In this document: positions 24,716-40,809 of the stretch, one piece after another | Layout of the letters: the number at the start of each line of letters is the position of its first letter | Numbering within the stretch: the first letter of the stretch is position 1 | Assembly: GCF_006345805.1 (NCBI RefSeq) | Contig: NW_021833765.1 | Span: forward strand, 1-56,085 | From: Octopus sinensis | Taxonomy: Eukaryota | Direction: 5' to 3' | DNA: 56,085 nucleotides | The notes under the pieces: model-generated | Databases searched by the model: none | Seen by the model: only the letters and a program-made list of their open reading frames with translations | Told to the model about the DNA's origin: nothing | Position numbers and translations under genes: made by a program

Positions 24716-26510
24716 AATTTTTTATTACCCACAAGGGACTAAAAATAGATATTATACATAACAAAAACAATACAAAACACATAATCGGGGAAATAAAAAT
24801 ACATAAAGAAATCTAGTAAGGAAGAAAAAATAAAAAGAACGAATGAAAATATAAAAAGGATAAAATAGGCGCAATGCCCACTCGACCCCCGAAGTCGAGT
24901 GGTTACATTTAGACATTATTTTGGACAGATTTCCCCTTTTTTTTATAATTTAAAAGTTTCGCATAATAATGTTTTTATATTGTTCATATTTAAAGATTTT
25001 AACTCTTTAAGTTCAATTACAAGTGGTAGGGCATCAAACCATACCGGCCCGCCAGGTGAAGTTATATACCTTCTATATGAAATTATGAATGTGTAGTATC
25101 TATCGACTTTCAATAGTACACATTTTTTCTTTTTCCTTGAAATCCTCTCTGGGCAGTTTCACCCTTATCAATCCTTTCCGCTTGGAAATCCTCCTTTCCA
25201 CATCTACATCCTTTTGGTGATATGTCATGAATGTACATTCACTTCCTGGGCTCCCCACCTTTCTTGGGCGTCCTCTCTGCTTCTGCTGTTGGTCCTTCCG
25301 AGTGTTCTCTTGATCTCGCCTTTGGGCCTGACAAACCTGTCACTCCCCTCCTTTGCCGCTTTCGTTCTGTCTTTCTTCGGCTCCACCTCTTCCGTATCCC
25401 TGGTGCATTCTACATCACTTTGCCGTCTCCGTCTTTTATTGTTTCAATTGGTATTCCAATGTCCACTTCTCCTTGGTCCCTCTCCACAGCCTTCTCACTC
25501 TGAAGAGGCTCCTGCTTGGGGCGCTGCGTCTTCATGTGGCCTTTCACTGTCCACATTCGTAAGAAGTTGGTCGGCGTCACTCAACAATCACTTTGAAGGA
25601 ACTCTCTCTCATAATCTCTATCTGGTAGGGGATCCTTTCAATGTCTCGAAAGTGGAAAAAAGCCACATCTCGACAACGCATCCCCACCCTTTTTTAACAT
25701 GCTCGTTCTTCTCACTGGTCCCCATTCGAGATTCTCCTCGATGGTAGCCAGAACAGCTGATACTAACCATTCTGTCTTTATTTCTGGTGGCACCCTTCAG
25801 ATGCGAATCCGAACACTTCGCCTGCCTCTATACGCGGGCAGCAGCGTCACCTTTTCAGTGCATAAAATAGTGGTGGGACGTGAGGCCGCCTCTTCTTTGG
25901 TTCCACACTTCAACTCCATCGTGCCATATTTCTTTCCTCGGCCAACGAAACTTGCCGTTTTCCTCAGGGACCTCAAACATTCCTTCACGTCATCTTCTGA
26001 TAGGATTTCAGTTTTATTGGTGGCGGCCTCTTGCGTGCGGTACACCACTGTCCTATCACTCTTATCCTTGACCACTTCTTCTGGAGGGACCAGCTTTACT
26101 GCGTCTTCCTCACTTTGCACAAAATGTTCCCATCTCATTACATCTTCCATCTTCAATGATATCTGTTTCGCTTCCAACGGCTCAGCTGCTCCCAGTGCAG
26201 CGGTTATTTGAAGAGATTTCCATAACGAAAAAAACAATTTTTCAGCTCCACAATGGGAAGAAAACAGCAAAAAGCAATCCCGCGCGAGTCACTCAACAAT
26301 AATGTTCAATAGCGATATACAAAAATTCAGCAACGGACAGTCTCGAAGACAATCCAAAACCGTGGTCAAAAATAATGAAACTCAAACAAATAAGATGTTA
26401 GTCGGCGACACCAAAGTTCTCTCAACGATTAGTCAGAGATGATAAAATGAAAATATCTGATATAAACCCGACTGCTCTCTCCAGCGAGAAAAATAAACTC
26501 GTCCGCTCTC
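24716..26510 (-). mobile_element. L1/Tx1-like element carrying only a decayed ORF1 (gag-like) plus UTRs
   Basis: ORF 25797-26270 continues through stops to RRPTSYECGQ.., a degenerate CCHC knuckle; the minus-strand 3' end has hairpin ccactcgac/gtcgagtgg and AATAAA plus an A-run. Confidence 0.55.
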
Positions 26511-26829
26511 AAAAATTAAGTAAAATAACGGAAATATGATCCAGAATCCTTGTTCGCTACCGGACCTATCCCCAAATGTAATCCGTTCGTGCCATTCACG
26601 AGGCCAAACATCCCTGACGTATATATTCCTGCCTTTCGGTGTTGAAAAATTGTTAATAAGCCAGCCTTATATATATAGTTGAAAGTTACAGAAAAACAAA
26701 AGACGAAGACAGGTGTATAAGCAACAAACAGGTGTGTGAGTTTGATGTTCGGGAATGTGAGAATGTCTTTTAAGTTTCGAGCCAAGAGAAAAGAGTATGA
26801 GGATATAAACAGTGAGAATATATATATAT

Positions 26830-27131
26830 ATCACCGTGATCGACCAGGCTGTCAGATGTTGCTACACATCGCTAGTCACAATGCGCTTCGCATTGTTTTT
26901 GCCTTCGAATGATGCCATCTCGCTGGTTAAGCGAGCAAGACAAAACAAGAAAGTGTGAAAGAAAGTTGTGGCGAAAGAGTACAGCAGGGACCACCACGAC
27001 CCCCTGCCGGAGCCTCATGGAGCTTTAGGTGTTTTCACTCAATAAAGACTCACAACGCCCGGTCTGGGAATCGAAACCGCGATTCTACAACCATGCGTCC
27101 GCTGCCCTAACCACTGGGCCATTGCGCCTTC
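26830..27131 (-). mobile_element. tRNA-derived SINE (second family)
   Basis: Minus strand GGCGCAATGGCCCAGTGGTTAGGGCAGCG..GGTTTCGATTCCC (A and B boxes) followed by a non-tRNA body. Confidence 0.8.
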
Positions 27132-27219
27132 ACACACACACACACACACACACGCACACACACACATATATATAAATATACATATATGAAGAAAATATAT
27201 ATATCTACATATATGTATA

Positions 27220-27337
<118 letters not shown>

Positions 27338-27553
27338 TATATACATATATATTGTTGGCATCCTTTTTGTCTCGGGAGACAATGGAGTTGCGCATAAAAT
27401 AGTCTAATCCGGCTTTTACATTTCATGTCCTAATACATTTCCAGGTGTGGCTATATACATACATAAACACACACACACACACACAGACACACACACACAC
27501 AGACGCACACACACACAGACACACACATACACAGACACACACACATACACACA

Positions 27554-27602
<49 letters not shown>

Positions 27603-27892
27603 TTATAAATATATATAGAGAGAGAGCGTGTGTGATAATTAGATAGGTAAACAGATAAAAAGGGGTATAGATAGATAAATATATATATAGATATATAGAC
27701 ACATATATAAGTATGTATGTACACAAACACACACATATCATTTGTCTTTCCTCCTCTCCTCACCCATAGAGTCACCCTCCGACTAGCGCTACACACTTCA
27801 CCTACTCCCCTTTGTCTAAATCTTTCTTGCAACCATCAATTTGTCAAAACGAGAGATTTGCATCGTAGAAAATAATCTGACAAATAAATTCA

Positions 27893-28117
27893 TAATAATA
27901 ATCCTTTCTATTAAGGGCACTGCGCTTGAAATTGTTGGGGTAGGGGACTAATTCATTACATCAACCCTAGTTTTCAACTGGTACTTAATTTATTGACCTA
28001 GAGAGGATGAAAGGGTAAACCGACCTCAGTGGAATTTGAACTCAGAACGTAAAGATGGACGAAATGCCGCTAACCATTTTGCCCAGCGTGCTAACAATTC
28101 TTCCAGCTCGCTGCCTT
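27893..28117 (-). mobile_element. tRNA-derived SINE (third family) with (ATT)n tail
   Basis: Minus strand aaggcagcgagctggaagaattgttagc..gagttcaaattcc..aagtaccagttg..gaaaggattattatta. Confidence 0.75.
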
Positions 28118-28127
28118 AATAATAATG

Positions 28128-28163
<36 letters not shown>

Positions 28164-28184
28164 TTAATGATGATAATGATGATA

Positions 28185-28216
<32 letters not shown>

Positions 28217-28244
28217 AACAATAATAATAATAATAACAACGATA

Positions 28245-28279
<35 letters not shown>

Positions 28280-28283
28280 AATA

Positions 28284-28318
<35 letters not shown>

Positions 28319-28352
28319 AATGATGATGATGATGACAATAATAATAATAATA

Positions 28353-29022
28353 GTATACACACAAGTGCATCGGACCCCTGCAGAATGTGTGGGAAAAGGG
28401 TTGATAGCGTTACATTGTTAGTGCTTGTGAAAGTCTTGTGCAGAAAGAATAGAAGCGAAGGCACGACAAGATAGCCCAAAGCGTCCATTCTCTACTTTGC
28501 CGTAAAGTATGGATATGAGGCTGCGGGTGCTTGGTACCAACATACACCGGAAAAGGTAATGAACGAAAAGGGGAAGGCAAAAATCCTTTGGGACTTTGAC
28601 TTCCAAACAGACAGAGTGTTAGAGCATCAAAGACCGTATATAGTAACCTTTAGGAGGGACAAACAAGAGTGCCTAAGGATTGGCGTGGCAGTGCCAGGAG
28701 ATCAACTGATTAAGATGAAATATAGAGAAGAGGTTGATAAATATGGAGAATTGAGATCTCTAAGATGTGGCAGCTACGAGAGTGAAATATAAAAGTTATC
28801 CCTATTGTCATCGGAGCATTGGGTTCAATACCAACCAATCTGAAGAAACATCTGAAAACTTTAGAGATACACTATAATCTAAAGGAATTTCAAAGGTCGG
28901 CATTGCTTGAAACTGCACGTATATTGCGTAAAGTACTGTCTGCCTGAGGTCCTTGCAGTGAGTTTACAAACAGTACAAATATTTTGTCAGCCGTGGTAAC
29001 GATTCTAGCAGCTCCCCGCTGT
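28353..29022 (+). mobile_element. R4/Dong-type 3' fragment (divergent family) between trinucleotide arrays
   Basis: CRMCGK, KAKILWDFDFQTDRVLEHQRPYIV..VAVPGD and LLETARILRKVL; (AAT)n tail. Confidence 0.85.
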
Positions 29023-29070
29023 AATAGTAATAATGATAATGATGGTGATGATGATGATGGTGATAATAAC

Positions 29071-29103
<33 letters not shown>

Positions 29104-29196
29104 AATATTAATAATAATAATAATGTTAATAATAATAATAATAATAATAATAATGATAATAATAATAATAATATTAATAATAATAATAATAATAAT

Positions 29197-33219
<4,023 letters not shown>

Positions 33220-33242
33220 TAATGATAATAATAATAATAAAT

Positions 33243-33590
33243 ACAGAGGAAATCGAAATACAGAGGATGTGGAATCTTAAAACAAAAACTGTTCCTGTTA
33301 TTGTAGGTGCCCTAGGTATGATAAAAAAGGGATGTCAGAAACACCTAGACAATATCCCTGGAAAATCATGTCTCAAGGAAATCCAAAAGATTGTGCTAAC
33401 AAGTACTGCCCACATCCTTAGAAAAACCCTATCAATGTAAATGTTTGTGTTTGCATTACATGAAGATATATCTCTACTTCCCCTCCCCAAGCTTTCAGCT
33501 ATATTTCAACAACTCTTAACCTTCACTTGCCCTAGGGCGCTGGGTGTGCCCCGGCAGGTGATTGCATCAAACATGCAGATTAAAAGTAAA
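33243..33590 (+). mobile_element. R4/Dong-type extreme 3' fragment with a different 3' UTR
   Basis: EIQRMWNLKTKTVPVIVGALG..EIQKIVLTSTAHILRK then UTR and (AAT)n. Confidence 0.85.
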
Positions 33591-33598
33591 TGACAATG

Positions 33599-33659
<61 letters not shown>

Positions 33660-33698
33660 AGTAATAATATAATAATAATAATAATATAATAATAATAC

Positions 33699-33801
<103 letters not shown>

Positions 33802-33826
33802 GTAATAATAATAATAATAATAATAA

Positions 33827-36750
33827 GCAGTACTCTACCCAAAAAATGAAAATACAACAACACATACATATAAAATATGGAAGGAAAATAATAGAGATAT
33901 AGACTTGGATACAGCAATGAACCCTAATAAATTAGCTAACGTACGAAGATATATTCTCAAAGCCAAAAAAATATCAGAAATAGAAATAGAACATTTAAAA
34001 GAAAAAATACACCAAGAAAATGTAGATAGAAGCCACACAACAATGCCCAATAATATAAACACTGAAACTGTAAAACACGAAGACAAACGCAACATTCCCA
34101 ACAAACACGATTGACAAGGAAGGGGGGCCTAATGATTATGATAATATAAAAATAAAATAATCTTAGAACTGAAAACCACAGAGCCCAAAATGGACCACCG
34201 ACCATACCTCCCAAGAATAAAAATAAACGAAATAACAACACCAATTATAACAGCATAAACCTAGCCGTCACCGAACTAGCCACTGAAACAAAAAAAAGTG
34301 ATATCACTGAACTAAATGACTTGATATACGCAGCAGCCACTGCAGCCACAAAATAAGCTGGATACTCACCCAAACCCGCCCAAACAGGAGTACCACCACC
34401 CAAACAAACCCTGTGGATAAATAACATCCAAAACAAAATTAAAAAAATTAGAAAAACCTGTTGATTCTTAATGAAATCAGCAAACAATCAACGCTACTGA
34501 GCAACAAAAAGAGAACAAAAATGCTCCGCAAATATAACATCACAGAAAAAGATTTGCCGGAGATAAAAGAAAAGCTGAAGCAAGATATCCTTGCCAAAGC
34601 TCAAAGGATCCGCCAGTACGAGAAACGCCAACGCTTCTTTGAACAGAACAAAAAGTTCAACACCAACGCAAAAAGTTCTACCAAGATCTGGGAAAAAATA
34701 AAATAGAAGTCACTGCAGCACCAACGGCAGAAGAATTGGAAGAATTCTGGAGAGAAATATGGTCGGCGAACGAACAGCCAAAAAAAAGGAGTATCAAAAT
34801 AACAAACTCGGCATCTGAACAACTTTGGACCCCCATAACAACTGAAGAGGTCACCCAGGCACTGCAAAAACTAAGCAACTGGAAGGCACCTGGGCATGAC
34901 AAGATCCCCAACTTCTGGTTGAAATATCTAACAAGAATGCACAAAAAGCTGGCTGAAAACTTTAACAGCATACTAGCCAGAGACAATGCCTGAATGGCTC
35001 ACGAAGGGGAGAACCATCTTAATTCCCAAATCAAATGAAACAGCAAAACCAGAAAACTACAGACCAATAACCTGCCTCCCTACTATGTTCAAGGCATTTA
35101 CTGCAGTGATATCGCAAAGGCTGAACAAGCACCTGGACGAAAACAAACTGTTCCCAGAAGAGCAGAAAGAATGCCGCAAAGGCTCATATGGCTGTAAAGA
35201 TCAACTAATGATTAATAAAGCCGTAACTGAAGACAGCCACAGAAAGAAGAAAGGCCTCAGTATGGCCTGGATTGACTACAAAAAGGCGTTTGATAGCATC
35301 CCCTACACATGGATCCTCAAAACACTAGCCATTAACAAAGTAGCACCAACAATCATAAAATTCATAGAGCACTCTATGAATAAATGGCAAACAGTCCTAC
35401 ACCTCCAAACAAAAGAGGGACTCATGAAAACCAAAGACATCCCAATCAGAAGAGGAATATTCCAGGGAGACACGCTCTCTCCACTACTTTTCTGCTTGGC
35501 ACTGTCACCTCTATCTGATATGCTAAATAGAACTGGATGCGGATATAAATGTTACGGCAAAACGATCAGCCACCTTTTATATATGGATGACCTAAAACTA
35601 TACGCTGCAAATGACAAACAGCTGGAAACACTATTAAAGACAGTTCATGGATTTACCAAAGAAATAGATATGAAATTTGGATTAGAAAAATGCGCCAAAG
35701 TAACCATGAAAAGAGGAAAACTAGTTAAGAGTAACAACATTACACTAGATAAAACCAATGAAATAAAAGAATTAGACCAAAGCCAAACTTACAAATACTT
35801 AGGAATCCATGAACTAGATAAGACACAACACACACAAATGAAAGAGAAAATAAAAAAGAATATTATAGACGAGTTAGATCAATACTAAAAACAGAGCTCA
35901 ATGCTAAAAACAAGATAATAGGTATCAACACTTTAGCTGTCCCAGTTATAAGTTACAGCTACAATATCCTTAACTGGACACGAAATGAACTGTCCAAAAT
36001 AGATAGGAAAACAAGAAAAATACTGACAGGATCTAGGATGCATCACCCAAATCTGACCTAGAAAGACTATATATACAACGTATAGAAGGTGGTAGAGGCC
36101 TTATACAGCTGGAAAACTACTATAAAATAACCACCATAGGACTGCAAAAATACCTACTTCAGAAGGAAGGAAAACTGATCCAGATAGCAGCAAAACACGA
36201 GCAAAACAAAAAACTGTTCTCAGTATTTAAGGAAGCTGACAAATACAAACAAGAAATCATACCACCTAATAAACACGAAGAAGAAGAAGAAGATGATGAA
36301 GAAACAACAAAAGCTATAAAACAAATGAAATCCGAACTAAAAATAGAACAGCAACGAACCATGATAAAACGATGGCAAGAAAAGCCCCTTCATGGTAAAT
36401 ACTGCACTAAACTAAACGCAAAAGAAATAGACAAAGAAAAATCCCAGCAATGGTTGAGAAGCTCAGGACTCAAAGCAGAAACAGAGGGATTTTTAATTGC
36501 AGCACAAGACCAAAGCCTCCCCACCAGAAATTACCAAAAACATGTAATGAAAAGATATATTACAAGTAACTGCAGAATATGTGGAGATGGACAAGAAACA
36601 ATAAATCATATTATCTCTAGCTGCCCAGTCCTGGCTAAGAAGGAATATATTCACAGACATGACAGAGTTGGAACCTACATACACTGGAAGCTATGCCAAC
36701 ATTATGGAATAACAACAGAAAAAAGATGGTATAGGCACACACCAGAAAAG
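33827..36750 (+). mobile_element. R4/Dong-type element, near full ORF, lacking the endonuclease C-terminus and 3' UTR
   Basis: NWKAPGHDKIPNFWLK; open RT core 34986-35888 (NYRPITCL, QGDTLSPLLF, YMDDLKLY, YKYLG); CRICG..ETINHIISSC, RHDRVG..IHW; the sequence stops after HTPEK. Confidence 0.9.
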
Positions 36751-37039
36751 ATAGATTCTTTTCTTAGATGGCATATGGTAAATGCGGACAGGGGGAAAAT
36801 GAAACTGGAGATGGGGAAATGTGATTAGATGAAGGCAGAAATGAAGCTGAAGTTGCGGTTCTGATGAACGAAAAATCAGCAATGAGAACAAAACTGTTTT
36901 CAAACACAGACAACGTTACCCGGTTGTTTTCAAGCAACAGTAACTTCTTTTGTCAAACAGATGAAAAATAAATAAAAATGCTATAAAACAGAATAATAGG
37001 TTTTATTTTCTAATTGAATGAACCAACACTAAATATCTA

Positions 37040-38119
37040 ACATTCAAAATTTCATGGAAGGAGATAAGTTTCAGCGAACATGAGTAGCACGTTCTGAACT
37101 CATTTCTAATGTTGAAATTCCACATATCAAAAATGCTTTAAATACCATAGGAAGGGAAATAACTATAGCACAAAGTCATCATTTGCCTTGATCAGTGAAA
37201 AAGGAAAATTATGTACAGAGAATTTCATAAACAGAAATGAATAGAAAAAAAGTTGGTAAATTTGTAGATTAACACACGCACGATTTTCACTAAGAAAAAA
37301 ATCGGATTTTTTGCGTGCTACAAAACCTCTTTTGTGGTCCAAAAAACAGGGTGGGGTGGGGTGTAGTGGAAGCCTCAGAAATTTTATCCATTTATATTGT
37401 GTAATTCACTAATAAATTGTTACCTACCTCTTTGTTTCTACGTTAAATAAATAGATTCTCAACAAAACACTTTTTCCTCGGCGTAAATTAAAAAAAAACT
37501 CTTTCGTGCCCAAAGTAGTGTGTGTGTGTATGTGTGAGAGAGGGGGAGAAACATGAACGATTTAAAATAAATAAATAATTTAAAATAAATATATTTTAAA
37601 TGTTGTGTGAGAAAGTATACATAATCTGATTATAAAATATAGTGTCTTTCAAGAACATCCTAAATTTGAAGACTATATCTCGTGTTTAAGAAAAAACAAA
37701 ACATTTACCTTTTTTCTTTTTAGACACTGTCAAACTCTCCCCCTCTCTTCCTTACTCATACTTTTCCTTTACTTTTTTGGTTAGACGCTGTCAAACACTC
37801 TCTCTCCCCCTCAACACATACACACATATAGAGCAACACACAACTTCTCTCTCTCCCTCACACACATACACACACTTTCACTTGGCTAAGGCAAGAAGGG
37901 ACTTAACTCATGCTAGAAAACTTCAAAATTGGTAAAAGTTATGGTTGAAAATAGATTTTTACCGCTACCCGCAGGTGCCTCGGTAAAACAAAAGTTAATG
38001 AAACCTAGTATAGATCGTGACGAATGTCCTCCTAAATTTGGAGCGACATGTGTGCTAATTTGTAGACGTGTATAAATTACATTCACGTACACACACATCC
38101 TGCCATTTATAGATACAGA
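37040..38119 (-). mobile_element. Probable non-autonomous Helitron, 5' end at 38119; left boundary uncertain
   Basis: Minus strand starts A|TCTGTATCTATAAATGGCAG; internal duplicated blocks; no CTAG end found. Confidence 0.4.
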
Positions 38120-38133
38120 TTATCTCCCATTAA

Positions 38134-39400
38134 TCTCTTATTATAAAAGGCAGATTTTATCTGCCTCCCTTTGTCTCTTATAGAAAACTACAATATAGGA
38201 TTTCTTCAATTACAATTTACCTAGCATTTTTAAGAGTAGAATACATCGGGTCGTGCCAGGTTCAGTTTTTAAAATTTCAACCCCAATTAAGCAAAATTTA
38301 GAGAAAACTCACATTGTGGTGTGTAAGTGAAGTGCTTTTCTTAGTGTGGGCTACAGCACACACACACACACACACACACACCACACACACACACACACAA
38401 AAACGGAGCGATCTGCTTCACTCACGCTATCACCCTAATTTCTCCTCCTTTCTCTTTGCAAGTGTGCAACGATTAAAGTGAAAGTATTTATATAAATCGG
38501 ATCACTCATGCTATCACCCTAATTTCTCATACTTTCTCTTTGCAAGTGTACCTTAAACCACTACTAAAAAAAACACAGCAAACAGAAACAAATAAATACA
38601 TAACGATTTACTCCTCACACAATTTCTTCAATTACAGTTTACCTATGATTTTTACAAGTACTCCATTCGGTCATGTCATACAAAATTTCTTTCAATATCA
38701 CCCCCAATTAAGACAAAATTCGAGAAAACTCAATATTTTAACATTTCACTCCGAAAGCATTGATGTACATGTGTGCATGCGTGAGTGTGTGTGTGTGTGT
38801 GTTTGATGGTGTGTGCGACACAGAAAGTCTGGTAAGTGAAGTGCTTTTGTTAGTGTGTGTAAAGAGACAGAGAGAGTAATGTTGTGCTGTGTGTGTATGT
38901 GTGAAAGACAGAGATAACTGAACTTTTTTATTCACTTTTTGTAGTGAGTGACTGAGAGAGAAGAGAGAGAGAGAGGTTATGTATGTATATATGTATGTAT
39001 GGCTTCAGTGACACACACACAAAAACACATACCTACGTACACCTAAAGCACGCACACACACACACACAAGCGGAGCGCGAACTTCAAAAGAACTTCGCGC
39101 GCTATCTATCTGGTTTGCCATTCCTCACACACACGCATACACATACATATATGACAGTGACAAACACAAACGTTTCAAACAACTACATACAAACACTCAA
39201 ACACTCACACACGTGTGTGTTTGTTATTAGTAAAAAAGGCGCAAAACACAACTCACTTCTCATTCGAACACATTTGCAAAAACACACCGACGGTCGGATT
39301 GCCATAACAATACAGAAAAGGTAAATTGGTTTTTAATGTACTTTCTGTCGTTAAATTTTGGTAGTATTAATTGGCGAGCGTACTTCTGTTGTCAATTGTT
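38134..39400 (+). mobile_element. Probable non-autonomous Helitron with internally duplicated blocks; right boundary uncertain
   Basis: A|TCTCTTATTATAAAAGGCAG start; ~48-bp duplication at 38418 and 38502; gtaagtgaagtgctttt repeated at ~38324 and ~38832. Confidence 0.45.
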
Positions 39401-39551
39401 GACAGAAAGAAATTGTAAGCTAATAAGGTGTGTGTGTGTGTGTAGGAAGTGAAGGATAAGAATATTGCAAGAAGTGGACAGATGTACATATATACATCCA
39501 TACATACATGTGTGTGTGTGTCTATGTATGTGTATTAATGTATTTGTGTTA

Positions 39552-39909
39552 TCTCTATATAAAGCTGAAGTTGTCTGTGTGCGCCACGTTTGGTAACCTT
39601 CAACTAACACTATCTCCTCCGAGACCCTGCGGCGCAAGTTGACCAAAATTGAGAGTATGATAGAAGAAGGGTTGCTCTTCCTTCCGTAGAACATAAAATT
39701 CAAATCGGACCATGTTAACACCAAAAATTATTTCCATCAAAAAGCTACTTTTTTCTATGAAAATCCCTATTTTTTACGATTTTTTCACTGCTGTGTAGCC
39801 ACTTTTCGGTATATTTCGACCAGAAAAATGTTCACAAAATTTTTACTTTTCAAAATTACAATTCCAGCGGGTCGAAACAAGCCCGAGCAACGCCGGGCGA
39901 TACTGCTAG
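39552..39909 (+). mobile_element. Complete 358-bp non-autonomous Helitron
   Basis: 5' A|TC, subterminal hairpin GCCCGAGCAACGCCGGGC at 39881-39898, 3' CTAG|T, no target duplication. Confidence 0.8.
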
Positions 39910-40102
39910 TCTATAATAAAATTCTTCACACTCATTTATCGAAATTTAGTTTTCTAACTTTAAGTATTAAATAACGAAAATAAAGATATATTCGTCAAAA
40001 TGAACAGGGGTGAACTTTAATTCTGTAAACGAATCTGCAGCGTGAGGATAATAACATTGAAGTCTCAGATATTTTCTATTTTCTTCTCTTACAGATTAAT
40101 CT

Positions 40103-40302
40103 ATGCCTGAAAACATGTTTCACTATATAGTATCATATAAGCAAACTTTCGTGTTGATGCTGTACACGATATTGTTTTTGGAGGCTCATGCTGTTGAAGA
40201 TATATGCAATATTTGTTCTTGCAATTTACCTAGAGATGTAAACTGTAGAAATCGGGGATTACTATCAATACCACAACCGATTCCGACGACTGTTGAACAA
40301 TT
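40103..40302 (+). CDS. First coding exon of a secreted or membrane leucine-rich-repeat protein (signal peptide plus LRRNT cap)
   Basis: Acceptor ttcttctcttacag ends at 40094; in-frame TAA at 40097 precedes the ATG; hydrophobic leader ending AHA; CNICSC..DVNCRNRGLLSIPQPIP..L; donor GTAAGT at 40303 splits a Leu codon (phase 2), typical of LRR genes. Confidence 0.82.
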
Positions 40303-40499
40303 GTAAGTACTTGACACTTTCTGCGTATTTTCCACATCCAATGTTTTAAATTACTTTTTGATTATGTTTTCAACTGAACGCTTATGTAGTTGATGTTATA
40401 GCTTTAAGCACAATATATATACATATACATACATTCATATATATATATATATATATTTATATAAATATATATATACAAACACACACATATATATATATA

Positions 40500-40530
<31 letters not shown>

Positions 40531-40586
40531 ATATATATACATATACATACATATACATACATGCATATACATATATATATATATAT

Positions 40587-40617
<31 letters not shown>

Positions 40618-40668
40618 CATATACATACATACATACATGCATATACATATATATATATATACATACAT

Positions 40669-40723
<55 letters not shown>

Positions 40724-40809
40724 CGGAACGTCCCATATTTTGGGACATCCCAGAAACAGCTGTAAGACTGAAAGTTTCTAATAATAATAGCGTATATGAC
40801 TTGAGATAT

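Noticed and set aside
36859-36875. CTGATGAACGAAA
   Set aside because: Only 2 nt between the core halves, so helix II cannot form
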